A stretch of 64,000 bases of DNA, from positions 372,001 to 436,000 of the forward strand of contig RSEE01000047.1 of the NCBI GenBank assembly GCA_003971905.1. The letters are read 5' to 3'. Shown here piece after piece: positions 1 through 12,636 of this stretch; position 1 is the first letter of the stretch, and the number at the start of each line of letters is the position of its first letter. Under the pieces are notes generated by a model that saw only the letters and a list, made by a program, of their open reading frames with translations, was not told the DNA's origin and made no database searches. The stretch comes from Moniliella sp. 'wahieum'. Its lineage: Eukaryota. Both the position numbers and the translations under genes were made by a program.

Positions 1-1656
1 TCTTGACACTTCTGCTCTTGCGCTCGCCTCCCACGGCACAGCTGATGATGCAGCCAGCAAGGGCTGCTCTTCGTCTCTGCCACCGACTCCCACTCGAACC
101 CGGCGCATCATTGTCATGGGAGGAGAGGAAGACATCAGCACGCCCGCTGTCGGGCTGAGGACGGATGACAAGCACAACGCGGACGTGCTGGATGCCGACA
201 TGAGCACCCCTTCGCTCTCGGGATCGAGAGACGGGGATGACAGAGACGTTTCGGCAAGCGTCCACCCAATCGGTCCGTGAAGCGTCATCTGATCCCAGAC
301 CTAGTTCTCCTCGGAGCTGTGGGTCGATAGGCCCAAAAAGAATCGCCGCTGCTACTGCCCCTTGGGTCCATCCACTCGTCGCCCGAACTGGGTTCGGCCT
401 GGCAAAGTCCGACAGGTCCAGTGACGGTCCGCTGCTGCCGAATCAGTATCCTCTGTCTTCTGCATTGACCACAGCATACGTACTTTTACTCGCTCGATGG
501 GCACGTGCGCGCGGTCCATCTCTTTCAGTAGACCAAACAAGCGGTCCGATGGCCCGTGCAAAGGTGGGGGCAATTCGTCGTCACCAGTTGCATCTACGCT
601 CCCCTGGGATGGAGTGGGGGAAGGCATGCGGTTTTCTTCGAGGGGTAGAGAAAGGCACGCTTCTCCCCACCCGGAAAGGTGGTGCGCGAGGCGGCCCAAG
701 GCCCAACTGGATTCTGCCGAGCGCTGCACCCAGGAGGCATGCATGCATTCTCTGAGGAGAGGATGGGACCACATGGCCTTGGAGGCCAGTTGAACCAGGG
801 CACGCGAAAAGAGTGCTTCGACATTGGGCGGTAGCACCTCACTTGCCAGCTTGGTTCGACCGTCAGCGGCTGTGGGAGTGTGTGTTGGGGTGGGCGGTGG
901 CGGAGCGTCCATTTTGCGTCGTTTACAGGGCGGTCCGTTTTCCCTGGATTGGTCCCAGGCGAGAAGGATAAAGTCGATCTGGAGCACGGGCTGCATGTTG
1001 GGTTGAAAGAAAGCGGCAGGTGCGTTGGTCAGCGTCAGGGCCCCTGCACAGCCCAAGGCCCTCGGAGAGCGGCCGCTGTACGTCAGATGGAGGACTGGCC
1101 AAGGGGTGTCACCATGAGGGCACATGCAGGGATCACGTACACTCGATTGAGCTGGCGGAAGCCTCGGGAGCAGGAAGAGGGCGGACTGCGAGTAAGTTGA
1201 ACGCATCCTGGTTCTAGACGGGGTGGCGGTGCATGGGTGAATGCGGGTACATTGATTGCAGACACATACAGAAGAGGGGAGACAAAAAGGTGTTATGCGT
1301 TGTGCTGCGTGTTAGTATACAGGCCCCGAGCGACGACGAGGGGATGCTTGAGACTACGGGAATGACGAGCGTACGCGTGAGAAGAAGGCCTCGACCAAGG
1401 CGGCTGCGCGTGCGCGTCTCAGTTCGGCATGAGTGAGCCACTGGGGCGCATGCTGGATGGCTTGGGCCACGCCCTGTCGGCGTTTGTTCTTGGGCTGGGT
1501 GGGGCAGGCGGCGAGGCGGAGAGCGAGGCGGATGGTGTTGCTGGTGGGCGCAGTGGCGACCGGCAGGGCATGGGGGACGACAGCCCAGCGCACGCAGAGG
1601 GAGAGGGTGTCGGACGAAGTGTCGTGCACTGTCAGCTGCTCCATCCCGCTTGCCAT
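1..1656 (-). CDS. Hypothetical protein, runs off the window; possibly TOPOVIB-like (Spo11 partner)
   Basis: ATG at 1656 (MASGMEQLTVHD), divergent from PET127; probable intron ~1214-1374 (GTACGC...TCTAG); protein-like ORF 352-1206 with a helical segment; low-complexity tail continuing to base 1. Family assignment is only a remembered resemblance. Confidence 0.5.
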
Positions 1657-1855
1657 GAAGCGGACGGCGGTGGGAAAATAGCACGGCGGCACTTAACGTG
1701 TGTTTCTCTCCCACACAGAGGCGGGGCAGAGCGGAATCAGTCTGCTTCCGCCCGCTGCCCTGGCTTTTTGGCTGCGAGTGCTGCCGCGTTTCTTCTGGAT
1801 AGCCGCCACTTTCCTAATTATACGCCACCCGTGGAGTCTCGACCTCCAACCTGCC

Positions 1856-4355
1856 ATGCCTTTGTTGCGGTTGCCCTTGCGCGCCGCCTACGTTCCGGGG
1901 CGGACCCAGCTCCAGCCTCGGCCGGCCGTCCGTGCTCTTTCGTGCGCTGCCTCCAGGAGAAACCGCGTCCCCAACATCCAAACCCGCGCGGGCGTGCACC
2001 GCAAAGCGTTCTCCGCCGCCGAGGCGGCCTTGCGTGCTGCCCTCGCCGGCCAAAAGAGCACCAATGCCCATTCCAATCGAACAGCAACAGCAGCAGCATC
2101 GGGAACGGGAACGAAGAGGAACACCGCCAGACCACCACCAAAGCCCTTCATTTTTACCTCGTTGCCGCCACCACAAAAGGACGGCACGCCTGCTCCCTCT
2201 CAACAACAACCCTCGATGCTTAAAGGCAGGCCACAGCGGCCCATGCCTACGTCCCATTCTTCCATTGCTGTGAAAGACAAGGCCATGGAGCTGCAGGAAC
2301 ACATTTTGGCCGCCCAGCGGCAGCTTGATACCTTGCAATCGCGCCTCTCCCGTCCTGGATCCGACGTGCTGCGCAGCCTCAGTGTCAGTAGCGAGATCCC
2401 TGAGCAGGATGAGCATGTCCTTCTCCACTTGGCCAGTCGGTTTGAACGCACTTCCTCGGCGGTTTTGGCCGGACGTGAGGATGACAATGCCAACAAAGTG
2501 CAGGTCGACTCTAGCTCGCGCGGTTTGCAAACAGCGATTCGCGAGGCCCGTGCCGAGCTCAACCAAAAAAAATCGGCCAAAGCGACCCTCTTGCGATCCC
2601 TCGTGCGACGGCCACTTATTTACGATGTGTACCACGACAAGAAGCTCACCCAGAAAGTTGCTCTCGTGAGCCCTACGTCGCCCGCATTTGAAACGCGCTG
2701 CCAAGTTGGTATGCACCGCTCCAAACATAAACAGTCCAATGGGAACTGGCAGAAAAAGGCAACCGCCACCCCTGCCGCGCTGAACGTCGCTGCAGTGCCG
2801 CCCATACAAGAGCATGTACCCGCCACGCTTGGCTATGGCCTTGATCGTGTCCTGTTCAACCCAGGCGTCTCCTGGGTGCAAGACCCGCACACTCAGCAGT
2901 TCAACTATGCTCCGCCGATGCGCAACGTGGAGTTTTCTGTGGACCCAAAGTGGAAAGAGCCTAGTCTGCAGCCAGACCCCCAGCATTTGGCCAACAAGGT
3001 CAAAGCCAAGTTTGTTGCAGAGGGCGAAACGATGGCGTCGCTCATGTCCCATTTGTTTTTTGTCATCACGGGCTGGCGCACACCAGACTTTGGTGCGTTT
3101 GGGCAGCGGTACCAGGACCTGATCTCATCTGTGCGTCTTTTTTATCTCCTCGGTTTCTTGCATCGTACTGACCTTCATGCAGCTTGGGGGGTATAGTTTG
3201 GGCGCGCGCTTGCCCTTGCAAGTCAAACTCATTTATCATCGCCTGAGTAATACGTACAGCTTGACGGACATGTCTACGCCGACGGCGGAACAACGTGTTC
3301 TGTCTTCCTTGGGCAAAGGCCTCGAAGCCAAACTCACCTCTACGCCTGAACAGGTCGAGGCGTGGAAACAACGCAACTGGCAACTGTCCAAAAAAGATGG
3401 AAGGCTCGGGGGCTTACCACCTGACCCAGGCTGGAAACATCCTGGTCCGATCTCCAACGCCCTGTATGGATCCCCGCCTGCCCGGCAAGACGTTTAACAT
3501 TAAACCACGAGGTGTGGTGGCTGTTCGGGGGGGGAAGATTGGGTGCAGGGATCGGGATATGAGATTCGTCATTCGGCTGGTCTTTTGAATTCTTTTGAGC
3601 GGGAAAAGTTTGACCTGGTCCGGTCCCGGATGCTCACCTATCTATTCCAATCCAAGCTTGGTGAGTTGGATGGCACGTTTGTCTGCTACCACAACACGGC
3701 ACAGGTGTTTGGGTTCGAGTATCTGCCGCAAGAGGAGATGAAGACATATGTCGGCGACCAAGCGCTGTTTGATTCCCTCTTCCACATGATCCTCCTCGTG
3801 CTCCAGGACGTCCTCAATGCTGCTACGGCGCACTTCCCTCGTCAAACGCTCGAACTCACACTGGATCCCCAGGCAGATCGTCTTGATGTCATCGTCTCCC
3901 AGATTGCCCAGGAAAAGGCGGCGCGAGCCCGGGAGGGTTCTGACTACGGCACGGGATACAGCAAGTTGCGCGGTCCCCGCACGTGGGCCGACCGGACCAA
4001 CGTTTTGTTGGAGGTATGTTTTGACCGATGGGTCAACACCAAATTCCTTTCTGGGCCCTTGCCGAGTACCAAGGAAGTGTCTAAGTTCGGCCTCGACTAT
4101 CTCATCTGTGCTCGCACCGATCTGAGCGAGGCAGAGGTCCACAACCTGGATCAAGCCATGCGTTGGTCCCGCCGTGCCATTTCCAGCACGTACATTCCGC
4201 ATCCCGACGTGGTGGATGAGCGCGAGCGCTACATTGAGACGATCCTTGCTCACAAGCCTGAGGTCAACCATAAGTTCTTCAAGACGCGTCACGACAATCT
4301 GGCGGCAGCGCTTCAAGCCGTTTCTTCCAAGAGCACGCGGTCGTCCCAACGATAA
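1856..4355 (+). CDS. PET127: Mitochondrial RNA-processing protein Pet127
   Basis: Arg-rich presequence MPLLRLPLRAA; motifs YGLDRVLFNPGV, DPRLPG, SFEREKFDL and DGTFVCYHNTAQVFGFEYLP; intron ~3131-3182; frameshifts. Confidence 0.9.
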
Positions 4356-4556
4356 CAGACTCTAAGGGCGAGGCGTGTGAGGACGCCCAGATTTGGTCTG
4401 GGTGGGAGAGAAGAGGTGTCCACTCGACGATTCGGACACGAGCTCTCTTGGTCGTTTTGCACCACATTTGTACACCTATACATTCATTCCATTCTAGCAA
4501 AGGGAATATGTGCCCAAAAGCATAGTACGAGCAACACTGCAAACACCATTACACCA

Positions 4557-5669
4557 TTACACATTGATATAGTCCCCAATGCGGTCTGCAAACAAAATGT
4601 CAGGAAGGTGATAGTGGACAAGAAAGGGGGGGAGGAGTGATGACGTACCTCGAGCGCCTTGGGCAATACACTCGGCAATCCAGCCCAGAGTGCGAATCTC
4701 CTGTTCCTTCAGCTTGGTCCAAGCGTAAAAGATGGAAAAATTAAACTGTTGGATGGTGAGGATTTTGTTGATCCTCACCTCTTCCTTGGAAAACTTGTCT
4801 TCCAGGTGATCCAGCTGGGCCTCCTCTTGTCCATGTGACGCATCAAAGAAGGATTTATACTCTGGCACCATCTCGCACACCGCCTTGACCTGCTCCACAT
4901 CGTCGGCCCGGGCCAGCGCATTGTTGCCTGCCGGGTACAGCTTCCCCACCGAGGGGAAAAGGCGTGCGCGTTCCTCCTTGGTCAAGCCCGTTCCAAAACT
5001 GTTAACGGTGATGGAAATGACACGGCGATCGGCTTCAAAGGCAAGAAGATCTTGCATCGCCTCGGTCGTTACACCGCCAAGAGAGAGGGAAAATTGATAA
5101 AAGTCTTCCAGGTAGGCCTTGTAGAGGGTGTTGCGAATAATCTCAATGTTGAGGTCGTCCAGGTCGGCGGCGGAGAGGCAGTCGCGGAAATAGGGTGCCA
5201 ATGGCGTCTCGACAAGGACGGTTTGGTACAGTTCGTCTACTGTGTTGGCCACGCTGAGGGCGGGAAGGGTGTCGAACCAGCCTAGAGGGTGGCAGCGCTC
5301 CAGCAGCTCGTGGGTGTCGCGTTCGTGCAGAGTGCCAGTGATGAGGAGAATGACATTGTCAATCATGTAGGCGTAGGTGACAAAGTCGAGGAACTTGCTC
5401 AGTGGGTACACGGCATTCTCGCGCAGGTACTCGAACTGTGTTACCATCCGCCTCGTCGCACGGTCCAGGACGACAGCGGTGGTGAGCGGCAAGGGCTCGT
5501 TGGCGAGAAAGTTGCCATAGTCTGTTGCCGAGAGCTGCATGCGCAGATCCTCCAGCGTCTCGCACTGGGTCAGCGTCTGGAACTGCGGTGCAGTCAGGAG
5601 GCCGTTCATGTAGCCGCGCACCACGCCCTCGAGGTAGCCGTTGTCGACATTGAACGACAGCATCTCCAT
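4557..5669 (-). CDS. VMA6: V-ATPase V0 subunit d
   Basis: MEMLSFNVDNGYLEGVVRG...NIEIIRNTLYKAYLEDFY...KEQEIR..WIAECIAQ; 63-nt intron 4586-4648. Confidence 0.97.
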   Translation of the reverse strand: MEMLSFNVDNGYLEGVVRGYMNGLLTAPQFQTLTQCETLEDLRMQLSATDYGNFLANEPLPLTTAVVLDRATRRMVTQFEYLRENAVYPLSKFLDFVTYAYMIDNVILLITGTLHERDTHELLERCHPLGWFDTLPALSVANTVDELYQTVLVETPLAPYFRDCLSAADLDDLNIEIIRNTLYKAYLEDFYQFSLSLGGVTTEAMQDLLAFEADRRVISITVNSFGTGLTKEERARLFPSVGKLYPAGNNALARADDVEQVKAVCEMVPEYKSFFDASHGQEEAQLDHLEDKFSKEEVRINKILTIQQFNFSIFYAWTKLKEQEIRTLGWIAECIAQGARGTSSLLPPFLVHYHLPDILFADRIGDYINV

Positions 5670-5843
5670 GGCGGGCAGCCGCAGGTGTGGGTTGTGGGCA
5701 GGCCAAACGGTGGTGGAAGGCGGGTGAACCGGGGACGCACAGACTTGTTCAGGTGCAAGTGGATGGCACGTGCTGCATTGCACCGAGCAGCGGAGCGCCT
5801 GGTTGGTTAAATGGGCAGGCCAACACCAGCTGATCCGCCCGGC

Positions 5844-6846
5844 ATGCCCAGCAACACGCCGCTGGGCGGCTTCGTCGCCGGGTATCCGCTGGTGCGCATC
5901 GACGACTTTGGCAGCCGCCGCCCGCCGCACGCACGAATCCCACCGCATCTCGCACCCGCTCGCCCGGAGACCAGCTGGTTCCCATTCCGCTCAACACGCC
6001 CACCCGCGTCCAGTACAAGCCCGGCGTCAAGCTGGTCGTGACGCTGTTGGATGCCAACCACATGCCGGGAGCGGTCATGGTCCTCATCCACGGCCCGCGC
6101 GGCGCCATCCTGCATACGGGCGACGTGCGTGCGGAAGCTTCAATGGTCTCCGCTTTGGCCGCCAACCCATTTGTAAGTCGCTGGATTCGCCCGTCGGCCT
6201 TGGCCCGCACGCTGGCTCCCGCCGATGGACAAGTGCCACGACTCCCCTTTGATTCCCATGCCCCCATAGGTGCAGACGACCATGTCAAAAGCAAGGACCA
6301 TGGCGATTCAGAAGGCGCACTGGTTGGACCCCAATGGACCCACGTATCGACTGCGACAAATCGTCCCATCCAGCAGGAGCAGGATGGCCCTCTAGCTGCC
6401 CCAGCCGTTCTTGGAATGGTCACCGCCGACAACACCGCTGAGAATCTTGACAAGTTGAGAGCAGAGATGATCGATCGCCATTGGCGAGGGAGGCTTGCTA
6501 CACTCCATCGCCTCGCCTTGACGTATGGGGACCTGCTCCCCCTCTTTGAGTTGGCTGAGTATCTCCCTTTGGTACTGCAGCCCCAAACCCCACCCACGCG
6601 AGCATCCCGCATGCCCCCCATTAGCCGCAAAAAACGGCCCCATACTACGATGGACGGCATGCCACCCTGGAGGACGCACCACCTCTGACCAAGCCAAGTC
6701 CGCCCAACCCCTCCACCCCTTCCCCGGGCCCGCCAGTCGCGTACGCTATTCGCCCCAGTCCCATCCTTAGTATTCTTTCCAGTCCCGTCGTTGTCTCCCC
6801 CACTGGGATCGCCCGGGCGTGTGTCCGGCTGTCGTTGACCAAGTAG
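5844..6846 (+). pseudogene. Artemis/SNM1 (DCLRE1) metallo-beta-lactamase nuclease, internally deleted
   Basis: N-terminus MPSNTPLGGFVAGYPLVRIDDF, then LVPIPLNTP...VTLLDANHMPGAVMVLIHGPRGAILHTGDVRAE; no HxHxDH motif and no beta-CASP domain visible. 3' end approximate. Confidence 0.7.
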
Positions 6847-7771
6847 GCTAATATAATACCCCCCAACTGAACACGCATTTTGCAACACGACGCCCCCGCC
6901 TGTGAGATTTAAGAGAGCGATACAACAACCACACCTGCGCCACCACACAGGTCTTTCCATTTAGCTCGTGTGCCTCCGATAGCATCTGGTAGTCCCCACA
7001 GGTTACCTCGAAGTGCCTTTGCCTAGCGCCTCGAGGAAGAGTTACTAGTTATGCCACGTTTGAGCGTTGCTTGCTACAGTGCAGCTGTCAAGGTATATCA
7101 GGTGCAGTTGGACAAGGCCTGGGGCGTAACAACGAAACTGGCTGCCGGCGAGTTTTCGCTCTTAAAAGTCGCCGGATCGCACTGAGTACTTTTTATCACA
7201 CACCCAAGTCGGGCAGTATATACTGAAACGGGCAATAACCGGATCAATTGTGCGAGGCCACTGCCCCCCATTGCCAATCTTGAGCCTGATCTTCAACCGA
7301 GAGTCCCCAGCCGCACACCCTCCACACACATTGGTTTGCCTAGCTCGGCCTTTTTCATAGAACGAGGAGCAGCGTCCCACACGCCATCCAGAAGAGAGAT
7401 GCATCTGAAGATGGTCATGATCTTCCACGTTGAAACCTCCCAGCTGAGGAACACAAGTGCCCGACTCCTTGATGGTGTAGTAGTCGGGAACTACGAGCGG
7501 GACAGATGAAAGTGTGATTAACCACGTGTCCTCGACGAAAGAGACACGCTACCCCTCCTCCTACCCCGATCCCAACTTCCCTCTCGTTATCATTGAGAAC
7601 ACAGAAGTGGCCGTAACGATGGTATGAGGATGCACTACTGATAACGTCGGGGTGTGCAGGCCACTATAAACAGGCCGAACGCCAAACGATGGCGTGCTCG
7701 ACTCCCCCCAAAGCACACCTCCTTCTCTCTTTCCCCCGACCCTCCCGACTCCTATACTATCACGACAGGAA

Positions 7772-9363
7772 ATGAGCCCACCCCAACTCTCCCGTCGAGG
7801 CACAGCGCATGCCCAATCGGTCACACCCTTCTGTGCGTACAACAACGCTCCGTTGCAGTTACGTGTGTGGGTGATGTCGGAAGAAACAATGCACTGACCT
7901 GCCACACATTATTCCTGTCCTCTTTTCTAGGGAGCATCTTTGATCGCATCCTCTCCGACACATATGACGCCGAGAGCAACCCAAACGGCATTGTCAACAT
8001 GGCGATTGCCAACAATTCACTCATGAGCAAAGATTTGCTAAAGTATATGCGTGCCAACTGTGCCATGCAGGCCACAGACTTGACCTAGTACGTTGTGCTG
8101 TGTATGTCCCCACTATGCTATCGGCTAACATGCGTGTAACCCCCCTTTTCTAGTGGAACGTCCTTGTTTGGTTCCTCCAGGCTGTTTGATGCCTTGTGCA
8201 AACTGTACAACTCGGACTACTATCGTCCATTTGAGCCGGTCCGACCGGAACACATTATCACAGGTCCAGGCTGTGGGAGTCTATTGGACCAAGTTGCAGA
8301 ACACCTTGCGGACCCGGGGGAAGCCTTCCTCACTGCGGCCCCCTTGTACAATGGCTTTGATGCCGATCTAGGCACACGGTCGCGAGTCAAGTGTCATGTA
8401 GTATTTTCCCCAGACCAGGACGAGGCCGAAGCATCCTCCTTCTCGGGTCTGGGTGCGCTCCGTGGGTTTGAGCAGGCGTACCAATCCTGCGCATTGAATG
8501 GGACGTCTGCCCGCGCGGTCATGGTGACCAACCCGCACAACCCATTAGGACGGTGCTACGATGAGGCGGCACTGGTGGCCTATGGCCAGTTTGCCCAGCG
8601 GCACAACCTTTTCCTTGTGGTTGATGAAATCTACGCGCTTTCCGTCTTCCCCACCTCGGACAACCGGTCCCCCCAGCCCTTTATTTCAGCCTTGTCGATT
8701 GATTGGGAGTCCAAGGGGGTGGATGGGGACCGAATTGTGATCCTCAGCAGTGCATCGAAGGATTGGGGCAGCAATGGGTTGAGGGTTGGAACACTGGTAA
8801 GCCGCAACGAGACGTTGCGCAACGCACTCAAGGTCACAGCCAAGTTGAACATGGTGGCTTCGCCGGCCGATTGCCTCTGGAGCGCTATCTTGACCGACGA
8901 AACCTTTTTGCCGTGGTACATCCAGACCAACCAAGCTCGCCTCTCTCACGCCTACGAGACGGTCAAAGCGTGGTGCCTGGAACAGCACCTGGAATACATC
9001 CCCTCCAACGCCGGCCACTTTGTCATGGTCAACCTCAGCGCCTACCTCCCCAATGGCCCCGGCACGGTCGAGCAACGCGAGACGCATCTCTGGTCCCATT
9101 GCCTCAGCCACGGCGTTGCCGTCACGCCTGGATTCAATTACCACCACCCAGTGCCCGGTTGGTTTAGGATCACGTTTTCCCTCGAGCCAGATGCTTTGGC
9201 CCAAGGCTTGCTGCGCCTTCAAACTGTGTTGGTCGACGTGATGACACCGAAACAGCCCCCGCCTGGGTTGTCGCATGCTTCCGACTTGGCCTCCACCACA
9301 GCAACAGTATTGGATACTTTGCCTGTTGTCCCCGTCGCCACCGGGATAAGTACCCTGTGTTGA
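7772..9363 (+). CDS. PLP-dependent class I/II aminotransferase, ACC-synthase-like
   Basis: Introns 7833-7930 and 8088-8153 give an open frame; motifs NPNGIVNMAIANN, TNPHNPLG, VDEIYA, SKDWGSNGLRVG (PLP lysine), GWFRITF. Confidence 0.9.
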
Positions 9364-10324
9364 GTCGGGCCCAGCGCAACCACAAATGAATATGCATCAC
9401 ACATACGACTCATACGTGTACACTCTCCTCAGGGAAAGATGCAACACACTCACGGTTGCGTTTCGATGATTCATTCCCTCGCCGTGGGTGTAGAGAGCCC
9501 TGCTCGAAGTAGGCGGTCTTCAGGGAATTTGGATCGTTCCTATAAAGCCAAGAGATGCGGGTTTGACGGCAGTCCTCTCTCACTGTATTCAGGAATATCG
9601 CTACATTCCATTATCGGCAGGGAGGAACGATGCCTTCCTTGGGTCCGATTGGCTATAGAAATATCTATGGAAGGCCTTGTTGGTGTGAATCAGATGATGC
9701 TCGATTATGAGCCCAAGCACACCGTACCTTGATATATACCTTGGCTTTACTCTAGACTTGCACCAAAAGTCTGCTATGGCGTTATGTTGTGTGCGTGCGC
9801 ATAGTCATTTGATCATTGGAAGAGACAACCAAGTATAAGTATCTCTAGCTGAAGATGGTTCCACGCCAATTCTGCGCATGCGGAGACGCCACTAAGTTGA
9901 ACTACCAAGTGACGATCTCGTGGCGACCTTAACTACCTCTACAAGGGGATATGCTGCTAAACACACCAAAAAGAGAGAGCACAACGGGCTTACAACTCAA
10001 CCGTCAGAGCCAAAACAACTGTCACCACGCATAAGTTCTGTTTGCAGGGTAGTCCGTTCTGGGATCTTGTGTGGATCTCAGGGCGGCCCCGCTTGCTTTC
10101 TTACATGCAGAAGCAGAGGCCCATGTGGCACTCACTGTACCCTTGGCTTCTGGTGGGAAGGCGGGCGGCTGGGCAACCAAAGGCGTCGAGCGTGGTGAAG
10201 GCGAGGGTGAGTAAGCACTGCCGTTATGTATGTTGTGTATAAATCAAAGTGATTGGTTAAAAGTGGAGATGGGGATAGACGTGGGTGCAAGTTGCCTCGA
10301 AGCACATGGTCGTTCAACCAGAGT

Positions 10325-11375
10325 TCAACCGCGCCCGACGTAGCTAGGCATGTTGGTAGCCATGATGGTCACCTCCTGAATGTTGACCGACAAGGGTAGG
10401 TTGGCAATGTGGACGATTTCCTTTGCGACAAATTCACGGTCAACACAGGTTCGGTCTTGACCGTCACTCCATCCGCTTGGAGCACCCCCGTGCCCGACAT
10501 GCGCTTCGTCATGGACGAACTGGCATTGCCAATGTCGATTTGGGACACGGCAATATCTGCTGCACAGTAGGTTAGCCATCGATCTCACCTCATTCCCATA
10601 GCAACGGAGGAGAGACCCACTGTACTTGCGCCCGTCCAACGCAAGGGATTTGGTCAGGCCCGTGATGGCATGCTTGGTGGCAGTGTCTGGTGGGGCGAGG
10701 GTTAGTAGTTATGAAGTGCTATGAGGAGGCGAAAGATGCGGAGCGGGGAAAACAGACAGGCAGAAGAGTGGGGACGTGGGACCTTGGAGCTGATCGAACC
10801 GTTGAGGATGATGCATCCACCCTTGGTACCCTTGGAACCGTCCATGTAGCGGAACGCCTCCCGGCTGCAGAGAAAGGCTATTCGGAGTGAGCTGTCTGCA
10901 CCCAGTAAAACAAACACGGAGGAGCAGACGCAGCACCGCACCACACACACAACACCACACCACACATACCTCCATTCAGGTTGACATGAACCACATTCGT
11001 CCACTGCTCCAAGCTCAACTCTTGGATCGGCACCGCCGGAGCCCCAATCCCCGCATTGATAAAGATGAGATCAACATGCCCAAACAGCTCCTCCGCCCGC
11101 GCAAACATATTCGTCACTGCCCCTTCCTCCCCCATGTCGCCCATGTACAGTCTTACCTGCCCCCCCGCCTCGGGCGCCTCCTGCCGCACACGCGCAGTAA
11201 TGCTCTTCACCACCGACTCGAGCGCTTCCAACCGCCGGCCCGAAATGAGCACGTTCCATCCATCCAACGCCAGTGCCTCGGCAGTGGAGCGACCAATGCC
11301 CTGCGACCCTCCGGTGACGATGGCGCTGCGCGTGCCGCGGGGGGGCGGGAAGGTGCGGACGGCAGGATCGGCCAT
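10325..11375 (-). CDS. Short-chain dehydrogenase/reductase
   Basis: IVTGGSQGIG (TGxxxGIG), INAGI, IILNGSISS...PRPHS, TATKHAITGLTKSLALDGR, QIDIGNA; several introns; ends MATNMPSYVGRG. Confidence 0.9.
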
Positions 11376-11789
11376 GACGGTTGGGACGGGGTGCAAGTTG
11401 CGGGGGCTGCGTAGCGCCGAGTCGGGCTGGTGGATGGGACGACGGGATTGATGGTCGCTGATCAGTAATCGATGACTGGGGGGGCGCTTGTCTGGCAGCT
11501 GTGATGTGCATGTGATGTTTACTTGAACGTTGAAACATCGGCATGAGTGTGTTCGTATATCTTACGTCAGATCCAGCCAGGCCAAACGGGTCAGATGGCC
11601 TGTGAGGCTGAGGCCCCTGAGGGAGAGATGACGATTGGTGGAGGAGAGGGTGGTGCCGAGGCGTCGTCAACGCAAATAACGCCCGCGCGACGCGGAAACG
11701 GAATAGGACAGCCACTTGGTCTCCGCCTCCTTCAACACCACCACGCCTACGCCGTTCCTTGCGCTTGATACCACCCCCCCTTGCCCACC

Positions 11790-12636
11790 ATGATGAATGT
11801 GCGTCGCTCCCGACCCTCGCCAAGGACGTTCGGTCGCTGACCCCTTCCCCCTGTCCGCCGGCAGATTTGGCAGCTGAAGGCCAAGGAGGAGGCCAGAAGA
11901 AGAGCGCCAAGACGTCGCCAGCGCAGCTGCGTGCCCAGAAGGGTATGCCTCCCACCCCTGCTCGTATTCTTGCTGTCCTAATCAAGGCTCACTGACGTCT
12001 TCCTCTGCCCTCGGCTGCCTCCAGATGTTTCTGAGCTGGATCTGCCCCCGACAATGCGAACCGTGTTTCCGGACCCGGCTGACCTGATGCACTTTAAGCT
12101 CTTTATCACTCCTGACGAAGGTAGGTTCCCCTCTCTTTGCGCTGCTTGGCCCTGTGCGTGGCTCTGATGCACCCCTCTCCCGCAGGCATTTACAAGGATG
12201 CTACCTTTGAGTTTGACTTTACCATCTCGACCAACTACCCCACCAAGCGCCCAAGGTCAAGTGCGCCAACAAGATCTACCATCCCAACATTGACCTCGAG
12301 GGCAACATCTGCCTCAACATCCTGCGTGAGGACTGGAACCCCGTTCTGAACCTCAATGGCGTAATGGTCGGACTCCAGTTCCTCTTCCTCGAGCCCAATG
12401 CCGACGACCCGTTGATAAGGGTACGCCACCTCCTCCCCCTTTTCTTCAGGAGCGCCTCCACTGACTATTGATAGATGCCGCCGAGGCACTGCGTCGCGAC
12501 AGGAAAGCATTGCAAGGGATGCCCGAGCTTGCCTCAGTGGCCGATCGCTACGTACGTTGGCTACCTTGTTTGCTTTGCCTTCTAGCTCGTTCTAACCTTT
12601 CCCCCAGGCGGCGTCACCTACGACAAGCTCCTTTGA
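11790..12636 (+). CDS. UBC12: NEDD8/Rub1-conjugating enzyme Ubc12
   Basis: MMN|IWQLK...[55 protein letters not shown]; about five introns. Confidence 0.93.

Noticed and set aside
6900..7560. Possible Cys-containing ORF fragment on the minus strand
   Set aside because: No start or recognisable motifs; cannot be supported from sequence alone.
9400..10320. Possible degraded gene with intron-like signals on the minus strand
   Set aside because: Frames are short and interrupted by stops; no recognisable family.
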